This document shows, one piece after another, positions 46,758-56,659 of a stretch of 64,000 nt of DNA (position 1 is the stretch's first letter; each line of letters starts with the position of its first letter). Made by a program: the position numbers and the translations under genes. The notes under the pieces were generated by a model. The model was not told where the DNA came from. It worked only from the letters and a program-made list of their open reading frames with translations, and did not search any database. This DNA is from an uncultured Christensenella sp. (lineage in GTDB: Bacteria > Bacillota > Clostridia > Christensenellales > Borkfalkiaceae): the NCBI GenBank assembly GCA_910578765.1, contig CAJTRW010000001.1, positions 3,386-67,385 on the forward strand. The letters are read 5' to 3'.

Positions 46758-48293
46758 TTAATTTATTTCCGTTTCTCCGACGCATTCCGTAAGCACTTTC
46801 TCGCCGCTTACTCCGCAAAACGTTACGTCTTTAAGACGCACACATTCCGTAAAGCGGAAATCCAACCCGATATTTTTAACCGCCTCGTTTTTTTCGCGCA
46901 TGTCGGGAAAGCCCGCTTCGCAGGCCGAGTTGTAGGTAAAGCTTACCCTTTCCAGCTCCACCCGCTTTATAGGCGATTCGGGCAAGCCGTAAAACGCGCC
47001 CGCGGCGTATTCGACACCCGTACATAAGACGTCTTTAAAACAGAAGCTGCCCACCTCCGGCGTGCGGTTATCGACGGGAAGCTTTTTTGTGCTCCACACG
47101 TATTCGGTATGTCCGTTTTCGTCGCCCATGTTATAGTACATGTTTATGACAAACGGCACCTTTACGTTTTTCATTACCACATTTGAAAAATTTACGCCGT
47201 CGCACTTGCCTATACGCCCGCGCCCGCGCCGCGTCTTGATACGGAAGCCCCTGTCCGTTCCGTCGAATATACACCGCTCGACAAGCACGTTTTCTATTCC
47301 GCCCGACAGCTCGCTGCCGAACACGACGCCGCCGTGCCCCTCGCGCATAAGACAGTTTCTTATTGTTATGTTTTTACAGGCGGTCCTGTACTTTTCGGCC
47401 GCCTCCAACGTACAGGATTTTACCGCAATGCAGTCGTCGCCGACGGATATGTCCGCCCCTATAATTTCCACGCCGTCGCAACAGTCGGGGTCCACCCCGT
47501 CGGTCGTGGGCATTTCGGGCGGGTTTTGCAAGCTTAAACCGTAAAGCTTTACGTCTTTACAGAAGTACGGGTGTATATTCCAGCTTGCTGTATTCTTGAC
47601 CGTCACGCCCTGAACAAGCACGTTTTCGCAGCGGTTGAAAAACATCCCTCTCGGTCTCCACGCGCCCCTTTTTACGCGGTGGTTCACATACCAGTCGCCG
47701 TCCGCCGCGTTGCAGTCTATTTCGCCCTCGCCGATAACGGCGATATTTTTTTGCCCGTAGGAATACAGCGGCGAAGCAAAGCAGTCCGCCTCCTCGCCCT
47801 GCCAGGTGCCGAAGTTAAGCGTTCCGTCCGCGCAGTTTATAACAGCGGGCAAAACGGGATATTTCTCCCTGTCCGTGCGGAACGAAAGGCGCGCGCCCTT
47901 TTCAAGATAAATCGTTATACCGCTTTTGAGAAATAGCGGTCCGACGGCATATATCCCCGCGGGAACGGTCACAACGCTTCCCGCAGGCATACAGTTTATC
48001 GCCGCGGCAAACGCGTCCGTATCGTCGTGCTTTCCGTCGCCCCTTGCGCCGAACAACTTCACGTCCGCCTCGGCATACGGCGCGGGCAATACAAACTCCG
48101 CGCGCTCGCCGCTCGCTTCCACTGTATAGCCTTTCCCGCTTCCCAACCCGAAAAGCGAAAACACGTTTTTGCCGGTTTTCTTAACGGCTTTGCCGTTCAG
48201 GGTTACAGTAAATTCCGCGGGCGCAAAATATGCGGTTTTATTGTTTTCAAGCTCTAACGTCACGCTTTTGTAAGTAAGGCATAAAATTTTCAT
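46758..48293 (-). CDS. Glycoside hydrolase family 28 (polygalacturonase-type, right-handed beta-helix)
   Basis: Start set at MKILCLTYK (ATG 48293). GH28 motifs are present: PTTDGVDP, GDDCIAVKS, GHGGVVFGSE, RGFRIKTRRGRG. Confidence 0.85.
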   Translation of the reverse strand: MKILCLTYKSVTLELENNKTAYFAPAEFTVTLNGKAVKKTGKNVFSLFGLGSGKGYTVEASGERAEFVLPAPYAEADVKLFGARGDGKHDDTDAFAAAINCMPAGSVVTVPAGIYAVGPLFLKSGITIYLEKGARLSFRTDREKYPVLPAVINCADGTLNFGTWQGEEADCFASPLYSYGQKNIAVIGEGEIDCNAADGDWYVNHRVKRGAWRPRGMFFNRCENVLVQGVTVKNTASWNIHPYFCKDVKLYGLSLQNPPEMPTTDGVDPDCCDGVEIIGADISVGDDCIAVKSCTLEAAEKYRTACKNITIRNCLMREGHGGVVFGSELSGGIENVLVERCIFDGTDRGFRIKTRRGRGRIGKCDGVNFSNVVMKNVKVPFVINMYYNMGDENGHTEYVWSTKKLPVDNRTPEVGSFCFKDVLCTGVEYAAGAFYGLPESPIKRVELERVSFTYNSACEAGFPDMREKNEAVKNIGLDFRFTECVRLKDVTFCGVSGEKVLTECVGETEIN

Positions 48294-48295
48294 GG

Positions 48296-49381
48296 CTACA
48301 CCGTCATAAGACCGCAACCCATAAGTATAAGCACGGTCGCGAATATTGTTATTATTGAGCCCAAACTCGTCCACACGACGTATTGGGTCGCAAGCTGTTC
48401 GTCGTTTTTCATTGCCCCAGCCATAATGGCGCTGGAAACGGCCACGGGCGTGCCGAACAGCGCGATAAGCGTGGGATATACCGCGTCCAAATCGTTCAAG
48501 ACCGGCGTAAGCTTACTGAACAGAACAGCAAGCCCTATGCCTATAAGCGGGGCGAGAACTATCCTCCACACCGTGCCGACAATTATCTCCTTAGTCATGC
48601 CCTTTACGGCGGAAAACTCGAACTGCCCCCCAAGTATCACGAGGGCAAGCGGCGTGGCGACGGACTTTATATCCTTTACCGCGGTATACAAAAATTTCAA
48701 TTGATTGTTCAGCGCGAACGGAACTTCCCCACCGCAGCAAGCGCGCTCTATCTCCCTTATGCCGACGAAAAGCAGCCCCACGGCAACGCCTATTATAAGC
48801 GGATTTTTTATTATGTTAAGCAATATATCCTTTGCGCTTTTACCGAATTTTTTAGCTTTAGATACGGGCGGCGCTTCGACGGCAACCCCGTCCATGCTCT
48901 CCGCAACCTCGGGAGAAGGTTCCTTAACGAATACGGAAAGAGCTATAACGGCAAGTATATTGAACACCGGTATGGAAAACGCGGATATAACGCTTGCGAT
49001 ACCGACGTCACCGCCAAGCCTTTCCACCAGCGCAAGCCCTATAATTGCGAAGTTACTGCGGAACGAGCATTGAAGAATTACCCCGCGTCTGTCCGCGCGC
49101 TTTGTTGTGAGTATCGCCGTGACAAGACCAAGCCCGAATATAAGGCAGATAACTATTACGGCATATAAAACTATGTCCCAGCGGATATCCGCAAAGCTGT
49201 CCATTTTGTCGTATATATTGATGAACAGCATGCACGGAAGGCACACTTTAAAAACGAATCCGTTGCCGACCTTTAAAAAATTCCCGTTCAGAATTTTAAT
49301 GCGTTTTAAAAAATAACCCAGCAATATAAGCAAAATAATAGGCAGTATCGCGTTTATGCAGGTTAAAACAATTTCACCCAT
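48296..49381 (-). CDS. AEC (auxin efflux carrier) family transporter
   Basis: 361 aa with ~10 TM helices in two halves. The N-terminus ILPIILLILLGYFLKR is typical of AEC permeases. Confidence 0.75.
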   Translation of the reverse strand: MGEIVLTCINAILPIILLILLGYFLKRIKILNGNFLKVGNGFVFKVCLPCMLFINIYDKMDSFADIRWDIVLYAVIVICLIFGLGLVTAILTTKRADRRGVILQCSFRSNFAIIGLALVERLGGDVGIASVISAFSIPVFNILAVIALSVFVKEPSPEVAESMDGVAVEAPPVSKAKKFGKSAKDILLNIIKNPLIIGVAVGLLFVGIREIERACCGGEVPFALNNQLKFLYTAVKDIKSVATPLALVILGGQFEFSAVKGMTKEIIVGTVWRIVLAPLIGIGLAVLFSKLTPVLNDLDAVYPTLIALFGTPVAVSSAIMAGAMKNDEQLATQYVVWTSLGSIITIFATVLILMGCGLMTV

Positions 49382-49411
49382 AACCTATCCCCTTGGTACG
49401 TTTACGCGGAC

Positions 49412-49440
49412 AGTATATCAAAAAAAATTTGCGTTGTCAA
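49412..49440 (-). promoter_or_regulatory. Promoter of the AEC-GH28 unit, TTGACA-17 nt-TATACT
   Basis: Minus-strand reading is aaaaTTGACAacgcaaattttttttgaTATACTgtcc. Confidence 0.6.
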
Positions 49441-49576
49441 TTTTAGATGATCGGCGTTTTACGTATTGATTTCCGCTTACACGAAAAAAGCGGCGCACTT
49501 TGGCATGCAGTGGATTGCCGTAAGAAGATAAGCTACGTAATAGCGGCGGCACAACAAAAAATATAAGCGGTTAAAA

Positions 49577-49745
49577 CTAACCGCTTATTATTTTAATAAA
49601 ATATGATTTTATCCTGAAATGATTTAAATTGCCGATATGCTGCATATTGACTATGTCTTGTCCGTTTGCATCAAGCACAGCATGATTACCCCAACAATCG
49701 TAAATATATTTTACCACAATGTTACCTGTATTGTCAATATTAGTT
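49577..49745 (-). pseudogene. Orphan RHS core fragment (relic, no start codon and no toxin tip)
   Basis: It reads NIDNTGNIVVKYIYDCWGNHAVLDANGQDIVNMQHIGNLNHFRIKSYF... It is about 85-90% identical at DNA level to 51169-51297 of the intact RHS gene, including a 49-nt perfect run. Hairpins flank it at 49563-49588 and 49753-49779. Confidence 0.8.
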
Positions 49746-49752
49746 AAACAAA

Positions 49753-49779
49753 GAAGGGGACGGCATGCGTCCCCTTCTT
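49753..49779 (-). terminator. Terminator after the RHS immunity candidate
   Basis: Stem gaaggggacg / cgtccccttc, followed on the minus strand by TTTGTTT. Confidence 0.7.
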
Positions 49780-49782
49780 CGT

Positions 49783-50301
49783 TTAAGGATTATTGATTTT
49801 TTCTTTAACAAAATTTATTACATTTGTATAGCCCGTTTCAAAATCAAGATATGTTTTACCGTTAATATCTACCGCAAATACAGGATAGCGCCAACCGTCC
49901 CACCCGATATAATCGTTTGTCGTAAATGTAATTACCGTATCTTCATTAATATCGTCGAAAAATCCTGATTCCTCTAAGATAACAATGCTCTCATCAACAA
50001 AATAAAATCTTTGCCTTTGATATGCAGTAACCGCCGCTTGCGCATTAGGATAATCCTTATATTTTTCAAAAAAGTCGTCGGAATCAATTAAGATTTTAAA
50101 CTCTGTCTTTATTTCAGCAAAAGTCTTTTGGGTAATGGTTGCATTAAAAGTTTGAAATACAAATCTTTCTGTTTTATTTGTATAAGCGTCATAAACTTGT
50201 TTCCACTGAGTACGCGCGCACGCTTTACAGCCGCTAAAAGAAAATAAAACGGTAAATATAAAAACTATTATCGCAAAAAGTTTAACGCTTTTATTTTTCA
50301 T
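49783..50301 (-). CDS. Lipoprotein, candidate cognate immunity protein of the RHS toxin
   Basis: 172 aa. A signal peptide with lipobox FSFSGC is present. It lies 19 nt downstream of the RHS stop and I recognise no family. Confidence 0.55.
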   Translation of the reverse strand: MKNKSVKLFAIIVFIFTVLFSFSGCKACARTQWKQVYDAYTNKTERFVFQTFNATITQKTFAEIKTEFKILIDSDDFFEKYKDYPNAQAAVTAYQRQRFYFVDESIVILEESGFFDDINEDTVITFTTNDYIGWDGWRYPVFAVDINGKTYLDFETGYTNVINFVKEKINNP

Positions 50302-50320
50302 AATATCACCTTAATTAATT

Positions 50321-53300
50321 TTAAAGTTTTTTATAGAAAGAATGTACTATAGGTCCTAAAAAATAAGAATATACTAAATACTTTAATGCTCGTTTATAAT
50401 CTGCATTAGAATGTCCGCTTGAAATGCCACCAAAGAGATCGGCTCCAGCGTCCCACGGCGTTTCATAATAATCCCATGATGTTCTGTTATACCAGTTTTT
50501 ATATGAAGGTATTCCTATACAAACTCCATACCTAAAAATCCCTAACATCATAAGCTGAGGGACATGCCCAAACTCGTGTCTTACTGTGTCCGCATCCGTA
50601 TCAGACCTATCAAGTAGTATAATACCGAAAGAACCTGACCGCCCACTACCTATATTTGCCCTAATTACCGGAACTCCTTTGTAAAAGGACATTACTTGAG
50701 CTTTTGCCGCATTGTCCGCATTGGTGTTGTAAGGATTCCAACTTATTGCCGACATATCACTTTCTATGGCGCTATTAAAAACCGAGCCGACCAGCGCCGC
50801 GCCGTAAAGGCTTAGCGTCAAACCGAATTCAGCCGCAACGGCAAATAAGGGGCTTGCCATTGCAGGCAACAGCGTTGACGAAGTAATTGCCACGCCGACG
50901 GCGGCTAAAACTATACCGCCGACAACTTTGCCCGCCTGCACCCACCAGTCTTTTTTCCAAATCTCATACCACTTTGCTTTCATTCCGCTCGGGTCAACGT
51001 ACATCACGGGATTATTGCCGCAGTATGCAAACAAATTTAAGCCGTTTACGCTTTCATAGTCGGCGTATTCAATGCTGTCCTGTGAGATAAATCTGCCAAG
51101 CTCGGGGTCGTAATACCGCGTTTGTAAATAATACAAGCCTGTTTCGGTATCGTAATAGTAACTGCGGTATCTGAACGGATTTAAATTGCCGATATGCTGC
51201 ATATTGACTATGTCTTGTCCGTTTGCGTCTATAACCGCATGATTGCCCCAACAATCGTATACATATTTTACCACAATGTTACCGTCACGGTCAAGTATTG
51301 CTACAATATTCCCCTGCGCGTCCTTACGGTAAAAATACTGTTTATCCGCATATATCACACCCGCAACGCCGCTATTGTCATAGATAAACTGTAACCCGTT
51401 GCTTTGCGCTATTAAGTTGCCTGCGCTGTCGTAAACATAACTTATGGTGTTTTTATTTACGCGCCTGCCCGTACCGTCGTAAACGAAGCTTACTCCGTCA
51501 CAGTTAGTAAGTACTTTGCCGTAGCTCCACTGCAACGCTTTGCCGCGGTATACCGTGGGACTGCCGAAGTTGTTATATGTGAACAATTCCCCGTTATAAT
51601 TTTTAAGCCTGTCGCCGTCGTAGTCGTAAGTGAAGTGATTACAAATTTTTTCGGAAAGCTCCTCTCTGCTTTTCGAGGAATACTCGTACTCGCAACGCTC
51701 GGTTATGTTACCGTTTGTATCGTAAGTATACAGTACGGTTTTGTTTAAAGGTTTGTTGTCCTCTCTTACAATTCTGCCCAGAGTATCATATGAATACTTT
51801 GCAAAAACATGACCGTTTTCAATTATCTCGCAGATATTGCCGCGGTTGTCGTATTTGTACTTTATGCTGTCCTTGATATTTGCGCCGTTGCCGTACCAGA
51901 CCGTGGCGGGCATATTTGTTGCATGGTCGCCGACTTTGCGGTAACTGATATATTCACAAGAAATTTTGTTGGAACCGTTTAAAATCTCCTTGCCCGTATT
52001 CCTGCCGTTTATGTCAGTTAAAGGTTTAAACGAATATTCTTTGAATTTAATTTCGCTTAGCTTTTGCGCCGCAGTGTTGTCGTAGTAATAAGCATAAGTC
52101 TGCGAAACCGCGCCCGATATTGCTTTGCGTTTTAAAGCGTTCAATTCGTCATATGTATAGCTTTCCGTCACCTGCGCGGAGGAGTTTTTAAGCGTCGTCG
52201 CGGAAGTTAAATTGCCGTAACCGTCGTAAACGAACGAAGCGTTGTATTTGTCGGCGGAACCGATACATTTACTTTCCACACTTTCCAACTGCTGTTTGGC
52301 GTTGTACTTTTTCTCGCTCAGTTTAGTTCCGTCAACGGAAGCGGTTTGCGTCCTTATAACTCCGTCCGCGGTATCTACGCCCGTGTCGCTTTGCGTGACA
52401 GTACATATAATTTCGCCGTCGATAATCGAGGTTTGCTTTTCGCCGAAAACATACTTGCCGGTTGCGGCGGCGTAAGTATAATCTTTATAAGAATATTCGG
52501 CATAGTCGCTATTGTTTACCGACGCGAAAATTTTTCGGCGGGTATGGTCGTAGGTATTAGATATGACCGTGCTGCCGCTTTTTATTTCAACCGGTAAACC
52601 GCAGTTGTAAAAAACGTCGGTTGTGTTTGCTTCGCCGTTTGCGTCGCTTGCGGTTACGGAAGTTATCATGTCGTTATACGCATCGCGTCCGTATGCGATT
52701 TTACCGCCGTCGGGATAGGTAACGGAATTAATTACGTTAGTACCGTTCTTATACCCGTATTCCGCAACGCGCGCGCCGGTTTCGTCGACGTCGGCGATTA
52801 TCTGACCGTTTTCCGCCGTAACGCTTTCGCTATAAAACTTGGTGGAACTGTCCAGCGTGTTGTAGCTGACCGTTTTTACTGCGTTACCGTTTTTATCGTA
52901 AAAGCGCTCCTCGATATTTTTACCCGTAACAAGCTCCTCTCCCTCGACGTAGCTTTCGGTGAGCGTAAGACTGCCGTGCGAATTATAACGGTAATTCGTC
53001 ACGTAGTTTTTTTGCGTTATTTCGCCGTTAACCTCGGTATATTCGCAGGTTATTGCGGAAATTAAATTTTCATCATTGTCGTAGGAATAATTGATTTCCG
53101 TCTTAACGCGCGCGGTGTCGGATATGTTTTGCCAGTCTGAAACCGACGAAGTAAGCAAATTGAAATTGTCGTATTTTTCAACCGTGGTTACCGTTTTGTT
53201 GTCGGGCTTTGTCACGGTTACCGCCGTTACCGTTTTGCCGTCGGTGTAGTCGTAAACGTAATTTGTGACCGCCTCAGCGCCCGCCCCGTCCCTTTGCGTA

Positions 53301-56056
53301 AATTTTTTCACTTTTTTGCCGGAGTCGAAAACGTAGCTTTCGCTGTGACCGTTTTTTTCCGAAATTTCCGCGGTATTCTCGCCGTAAATAAAAGTTGTTT
53401 TCGCAAGAGTTTTATTAAACGAGTCTTTTTCGGTAATTACGTTTCGTGATATAGTTACGGGTTTCGAATTGGTGTTAATTTCCGTTATGCGGCTGTCTGC
53501 GTCGAATGAAAATTTATACTGCAAGCCGTCTTCCGTCTCAATACTGCGTATCTGATTACTCTGATATTTTAATTTCAAAAATCCGCCGTCCGCAAATTTT
53601 ACCGACTGCAAATTTAAGCCGCTGTATGCGTATTCGGTCTTTCTGCCGAGGCTGTCGGTTATGCTTGTAAGCAGCCCGTTTTCATAACCGAAGCGCAAAG
53701 TTTTACCCTCGTTGTCGTATACGGAAATTATTTTATTAGCCGAATCGTACTCTAAGGATATAGTGTTTCCGTGCGCGTCGAACATACATACGAGATTGCC
53801 GTTCTTGTTGAAACCGCTTATTACTCCGTTTTCGTCTTTGAGGTAATTAACCGGCGTATGTTTAAGCAGTAATTCCAGCTCTGCTTTTTTGGCAAAATAG
53901 TTTATAAAGCTTTGCTTTACCGCTTCGAAATTTTTCCTTGCCTGGGAAATAATGCTGTCCGATTGCCCTTTTACGGCACTTTTTTGACTTCTTAACAGCT
54001 CTGTGTCGGACGTTATACCGCTCTGCGTTTCCTGTTCACTAATTTCTTTTTCCAGCTGCTTTATACTTACCGATAACGATTGCAACTGATAAGCCGAGCC
54101 CGCGGGCAAGAGGATATAATTTGAATTTTCGCTTACGCCCTCGAACAATCTTTCGCAACTATTTTCATCAAGATCCGAAGCCCGGTAACTTATATTTAAA
54201 TCCGGCAAAATAAGTTTGACGTATTCCGACAGTGACGCTTTATAAGCTTTAACGGTTTCTTCAAGCTGAATTTGCTCCTGACGGCGCTGTTCGATAAGCT
54301 GGTAGTTTTTGAAATCGTCTATCACGGGTATCAGTGTAAAATTATCGCAAACCTGATGCCTGATTATTTGTTTTCCGTTGTAAGTCAAATTACCGCTGAC
54401 GTCTATCGCCACGTCGTTTTTATAAACGAAATGTCTTTCGCCGTTTTCGACGTAATAATAAACCTCTTTAAAAGTATGTTCGTCGCCAAGTTCATCGGTA
54501 TATGTATAAATTGTTTTATTTGCCATATCTTCTTGAGCAAGTTTCAGCTTGCTCCATAAATTCAGCTTCCAGTTTTCGCCGACGTAATTGCGCCCGTTAC
54601 CTTTCCTGTAAGAATTAACGATATTCAACGGAAAAACAAACCCGTCGCCGTCAAAGCTGTTTATTTCGCAAGTTACCGCGCCGGTGTTTACATCAACCGA
54701 CGCCACAACGTTTTTGCCGAGTTTAAACCGTTTGATATTCGCTTTATCCGCAGGGACTTTATCGGCTTCGGATTCCTTTTCTTCCCCGCCAGATTCGGGT
54801 TTGTTAGGGACGTAATCAATAATAAGCTGAGGCGCGTTTTGTCCATTTGCATAAAATTCAACATTTGAATTCTGTACTTCGGGATAATATGTTTTACCCT
54901 CGAAAATTATGAGGACATTACCGTTTGTATTGACATAATCTTCGGTTATATCGAAAATAAACGCACCGCTTTGATAAGTATATACCGTACTTTCTTTGCC
55001 GTTTATAAAAAAATAGCCGCTTCCGCCCTCCATAGCCGTAACTTTTAATTTTACGCTGTTTATCGCTCCGTCTACTTTTACTTTATCTTTATAAATCGTA
55101 ATTTCCGCAGTTTCTTGTGTTTGATTGTTAGTACTGCTGTATAAAAAAAGCTGGTTTTCAAAATAGCTCAATTCCGGATCGCTGGGATTATAATAACAGG
55201 TCTCAAACTTAAATGCCGTACTCGCGTTCACTATTATCTGCGGGTCGATTGTGACGGGTAAGGCGGTGGTTTCGGCGTTGATAAACTCCGCGTCGGCGAC
55301 AACTTTTATATTAAGCATACCGCTGTTCGCGTTTATTTCGTAGCTTACCTTATCGGAAAATTTATTGTTTGCGTCGTACATAAAAGGCGCAGGAATTATA
55401 AACTGTATCTTTCCGTTTTCATCGCTTAAACGCAGAGTATTATTTTCACCCTTTTCCGCTTTTAAGCCGCCTATATCCAGCGTGAAAAAGTACTCGTATA
55501 AGTCCTTCCTTTGCGTAATTTTAATATTTTCCTTTACCCTGTCGGCAAGCGGTAGATACTCTATTTCCGTACCGTCGTCAAGCGTCGCAAGGACTGTGGA
55601 ATTCCCATCGCAAAGGCGGCATGCGCAACCGCAGGAGCACCTTGCCCTCAAGCCTCCCGCCGAAAGAGTAATAACCTTTTCCCCCTTGGTAAGAGAGAAT
55701 ATTTTACCGTTGTTTGCGTCTTTGTCGAATTTCACCTTATAGCCGTTTTCGGCGTTTTCTATAATTTTTCCGTTATCGTAAAGACGGGTGTCGATTGGTT
55801 TTAATTTTCCGTCATCGCCGCAAAAATGCAGCGGCGCGGCGGATATTACTTTGCGCAAAAGATTATTGTTGCGCATGTAGGTATAAGAGTTTTGCGTGCG
55901 GAGATCTACGCTTTCATTTATGTATCCCCCGTCCTTTTCCGAAGCTGCGCAAGTATTTTTTACCGCCGCGTGACGGTTGTCACGCGGCGCTTCGTTTGCG
56001 CAGGAGGTGTTTTTTTCGCTTTCGCAAAAAACCGAATTGAATTTTAAAGTTCCCAT
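50321..56056 (-). CDS. RHS/YD-repeat polymorphic toxin, 1911 aa
   Basis: Many YD repeats (for example YDSANKIISVYDNEGKTLRFGYENGLLTSITDSLGRKTEYAY). RHS core end YYDPELGRFISQDS...NLFAYCGNNPVMYVDPSG is present. AAGGAG RBS lies upstream and there is no N-terminal signal peptide. Confidence 0.92.
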   Translation of the reverse strand: MGTLKFNSVFCESEKNTSCANEAPRDNRHAAVKNTCAASEKDGGYINESVDLRTQNSYTYMRNNNLLRKVISAAPLHFCGDDGKLKPIDTRLYDNGKIIENAENGYKVKFDKDANNGKIFSLTKGEKVITLSAGGLRARCSCGCACRLCDGNSTVLATLDDGTEIEYLPLADRVKENIKITQRKDLYEYFFTLDIGGLKAEKGENNTLRLSDENGKIQFIIPAPFMYDANNKFSDKVSYEINANSGMLNIKVVADAEFINAETTALPVTIDPQIIVNASTAFKFETCYYNPSDPELSYFENQLFLYSSTNNQTQETAEITIYKDKVKVDGAINSVKLKVTAMEGGSGYFFINGKESTVYTYQSGAFIFDITEDYVNTNGNVLIIFEGKTYYPEVQNSNVEFYANGQNAPQLIIDYVPNKPESGGEEKESEADKVPADKANIKRFKLGKNVVASVDVNTGAVTCEINSFDGDGFVFPLNIVNSYRKGNGRNYVGENWKLNLWSKLKLAQEDMANKTIYTYTDELGDEHTFKEVYYYVENGERHFVYKNDVAIDVSGNLTYNGKQIIRHQVCDNFTLIPVIDDFKNYQLIEQRRQEQIQLEETVKAYKASLSEYVKLILPDLNISYRASDLDENSCERLFEGVSENSNYILLPAGSAYQLQSLSVSIKQLEKEISEQETQSGITSDTELLRSQKSAVKGQSDSIISQARKNFEAVKQSFINYFAKKAELELLLKHTPVNYLKDENGVISGFNKNGNLVCMFDAHGNTISLEYDSANKIISVYDNEGKTLRFGYENGLLTSITDSLGRKTEYAYSGLNLQSVKFADGGFLKLKYQSNQIRSIETEDGLQYKFSFDADSRITEINTNSKPVTISRNVITEKDSFNKTLAKTTFIYGENTAEISEKNGHSESYVFDSGKKVKKFTQRDGAGAEAVTNYVYDYTDGKTVTAVTVTKPDNKTVTTVEKYDNFNLLTSSVSDWQNISDTARVKTEINYSYDNDENLISAITCEYTEVNGEITQKNYVTNYRYNSHGSLTLTESYVEGEELVTGKNIEERFYDKNGNAVKTVSYNTLDSSTKFYSESVTAENGQIIADVDETGARVAEYGYKNGTNVINSVTYPDGGKIAYGRDAYNDMITSVTASDANGEANTTDVFYNCGLPVEIKSGSTVISNTYDHTRRKIFASVNNSDYAEYSYKDYTYAAATGKYVFGEKQTSIIDGEIICTVTQSDTGVDTADGVIRTQTASVDGTKLSEKKYNAKQQLESVESKCIGSADKYNASFVYDGYGNLTSATTLKNSSAQVTESYTYDELNALKRKAISGAVSQTYAYYYDNTAAQKLSEIKFKEYSFKPLTDINGRNTGKEILNGSNKISCEYISYRKVGDHATNMPATVWYGNGANIKDSIKYKYDNRGNICEIIENGHVFAKYSYDTLGRIVREDNKPLNKTVLYTYDTNGNITERCEYEYSSKSREELSEKICNHFTYDYDGDRLKNYNGELFTYNNFGSPTVYRGKALQWSYGKVLTNCDGVSFVYDGTGRRVNKNTISYVYDSAGNLIAQSNGLQFIYDNSGVAGVIYADKQYFYRKDAQGNIVAILDRDGNIVVKYVYDCWGNHAVIDANGQDIVNMQHIGNLNPFRYRSYYYDTETGLYYLQTRYYDPELGRFISQDSIEYADYESVNGLNLFAYCGNNPVMYVDPSGMKAKWYEIWKKDWWVQAGKVVGGIVLAAVGVAITSSTLLPAMASPLFAVAAEFGLTLSLYGAALVGSVFNSAIESDMSAISWNPYNTNADNAAKAQVMSFYKGVPVIRANIGSGRSGSFGIILLDRSDTDADTVRHEFGHVPQLMMLGIFRYGVCIGIPSYKNWYNRTSWDYYETPWDAGADLFGGISSGHSNADYKRALKYLVYSYFLGPIVHSFYKKL
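50324..50980 (-). other. C-terminal toxin tip of the RHS protein: 2 TM helices plus an HExxH domain
   Basis: 219 aa follow DPSGM. VVGGIVLAAVGVAITSSTLLPAM and PLFAVAAEFGLTLSLYGAALVGSVF are hydrophobic helices, followed by DTVRHEFGHVPQ. Confidence 0.7.
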
Positions 56057-56068
56057 TTTATTCTCCTT

Positions 56069-56524
56069 TTAGTCTTTTTTGCGGTTTGTCAGAATTATTG
56101 TTTCACTTTCCGGCGTCTGCTTATCCGTGTTTTGAGACTCTTCCAGACTTTCCTTGATTTTTTCAACCGCTTCCTTGTTTGCCTGAATTTCCGTTTCCGT
56201 TAAAAACTTTTTCTCTGACGGAACAAATTTTTCCCAAAACGCGTAAATCGCAAGGCTGAGACTTACCGCAGACAGCCATTTCATGAAAAACTGCGCGTCG
56301 AAATGGGATTGTCCTGTCAGTAAAAAGTTTATAAGGGTCGTCATTCCGAAGCCTGTAACCAACGGCAGAAAAACTATGAAGCGCGTAATTTTTTTCGCGC
56401 AAGTAAATTTTTCCGCCAGCTTTTTTAAGGGCAGTTTTATAATGCCCGTCAGGATAACCGTCGCCAGGGCCGCAATTGCGGTTATCCCGCCGTCATCCGA
56501 TAAAAGCGCGATTAACTTATCCAT
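56069..56524 (-). CDS. Small 3-TM membrane protein with an acidic/basic tail (holin-like topology)
   Basis: 151 aa, ending 12 nt before the RHS start. Three hydrophobic helices are followed by the charged tail KKFLTETEIQANKEAVEKIKESLEESQNTDKQ. Confidence 0.5.
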   Translation of the reverse strand: MDKLIALLSDDGGITAIAALATVILTGIIKLPLKKLAEKFTCAKKITRFIVFLPLVTGFGMTTLINFLLTGQSHFDAQFFMKWLSAVSLSLAIYAFWEKFVPSEKKFLTETEIQANKEAVEKIKESLEESQNTDKQTPESETIILTNRKKD

Positions 56525-56659
56525 ACTTCCTCCTTTTTATTATTTTTTTAAACATATGTCTGCTATCTGTATAACCCTTAAAGATGACAGCCTGCGTGTA
56601 CATTAAAAAATTTTTTTCGTTTTTTTTATTAATTTTTGCATGGATTTTAAGCAACTAAT

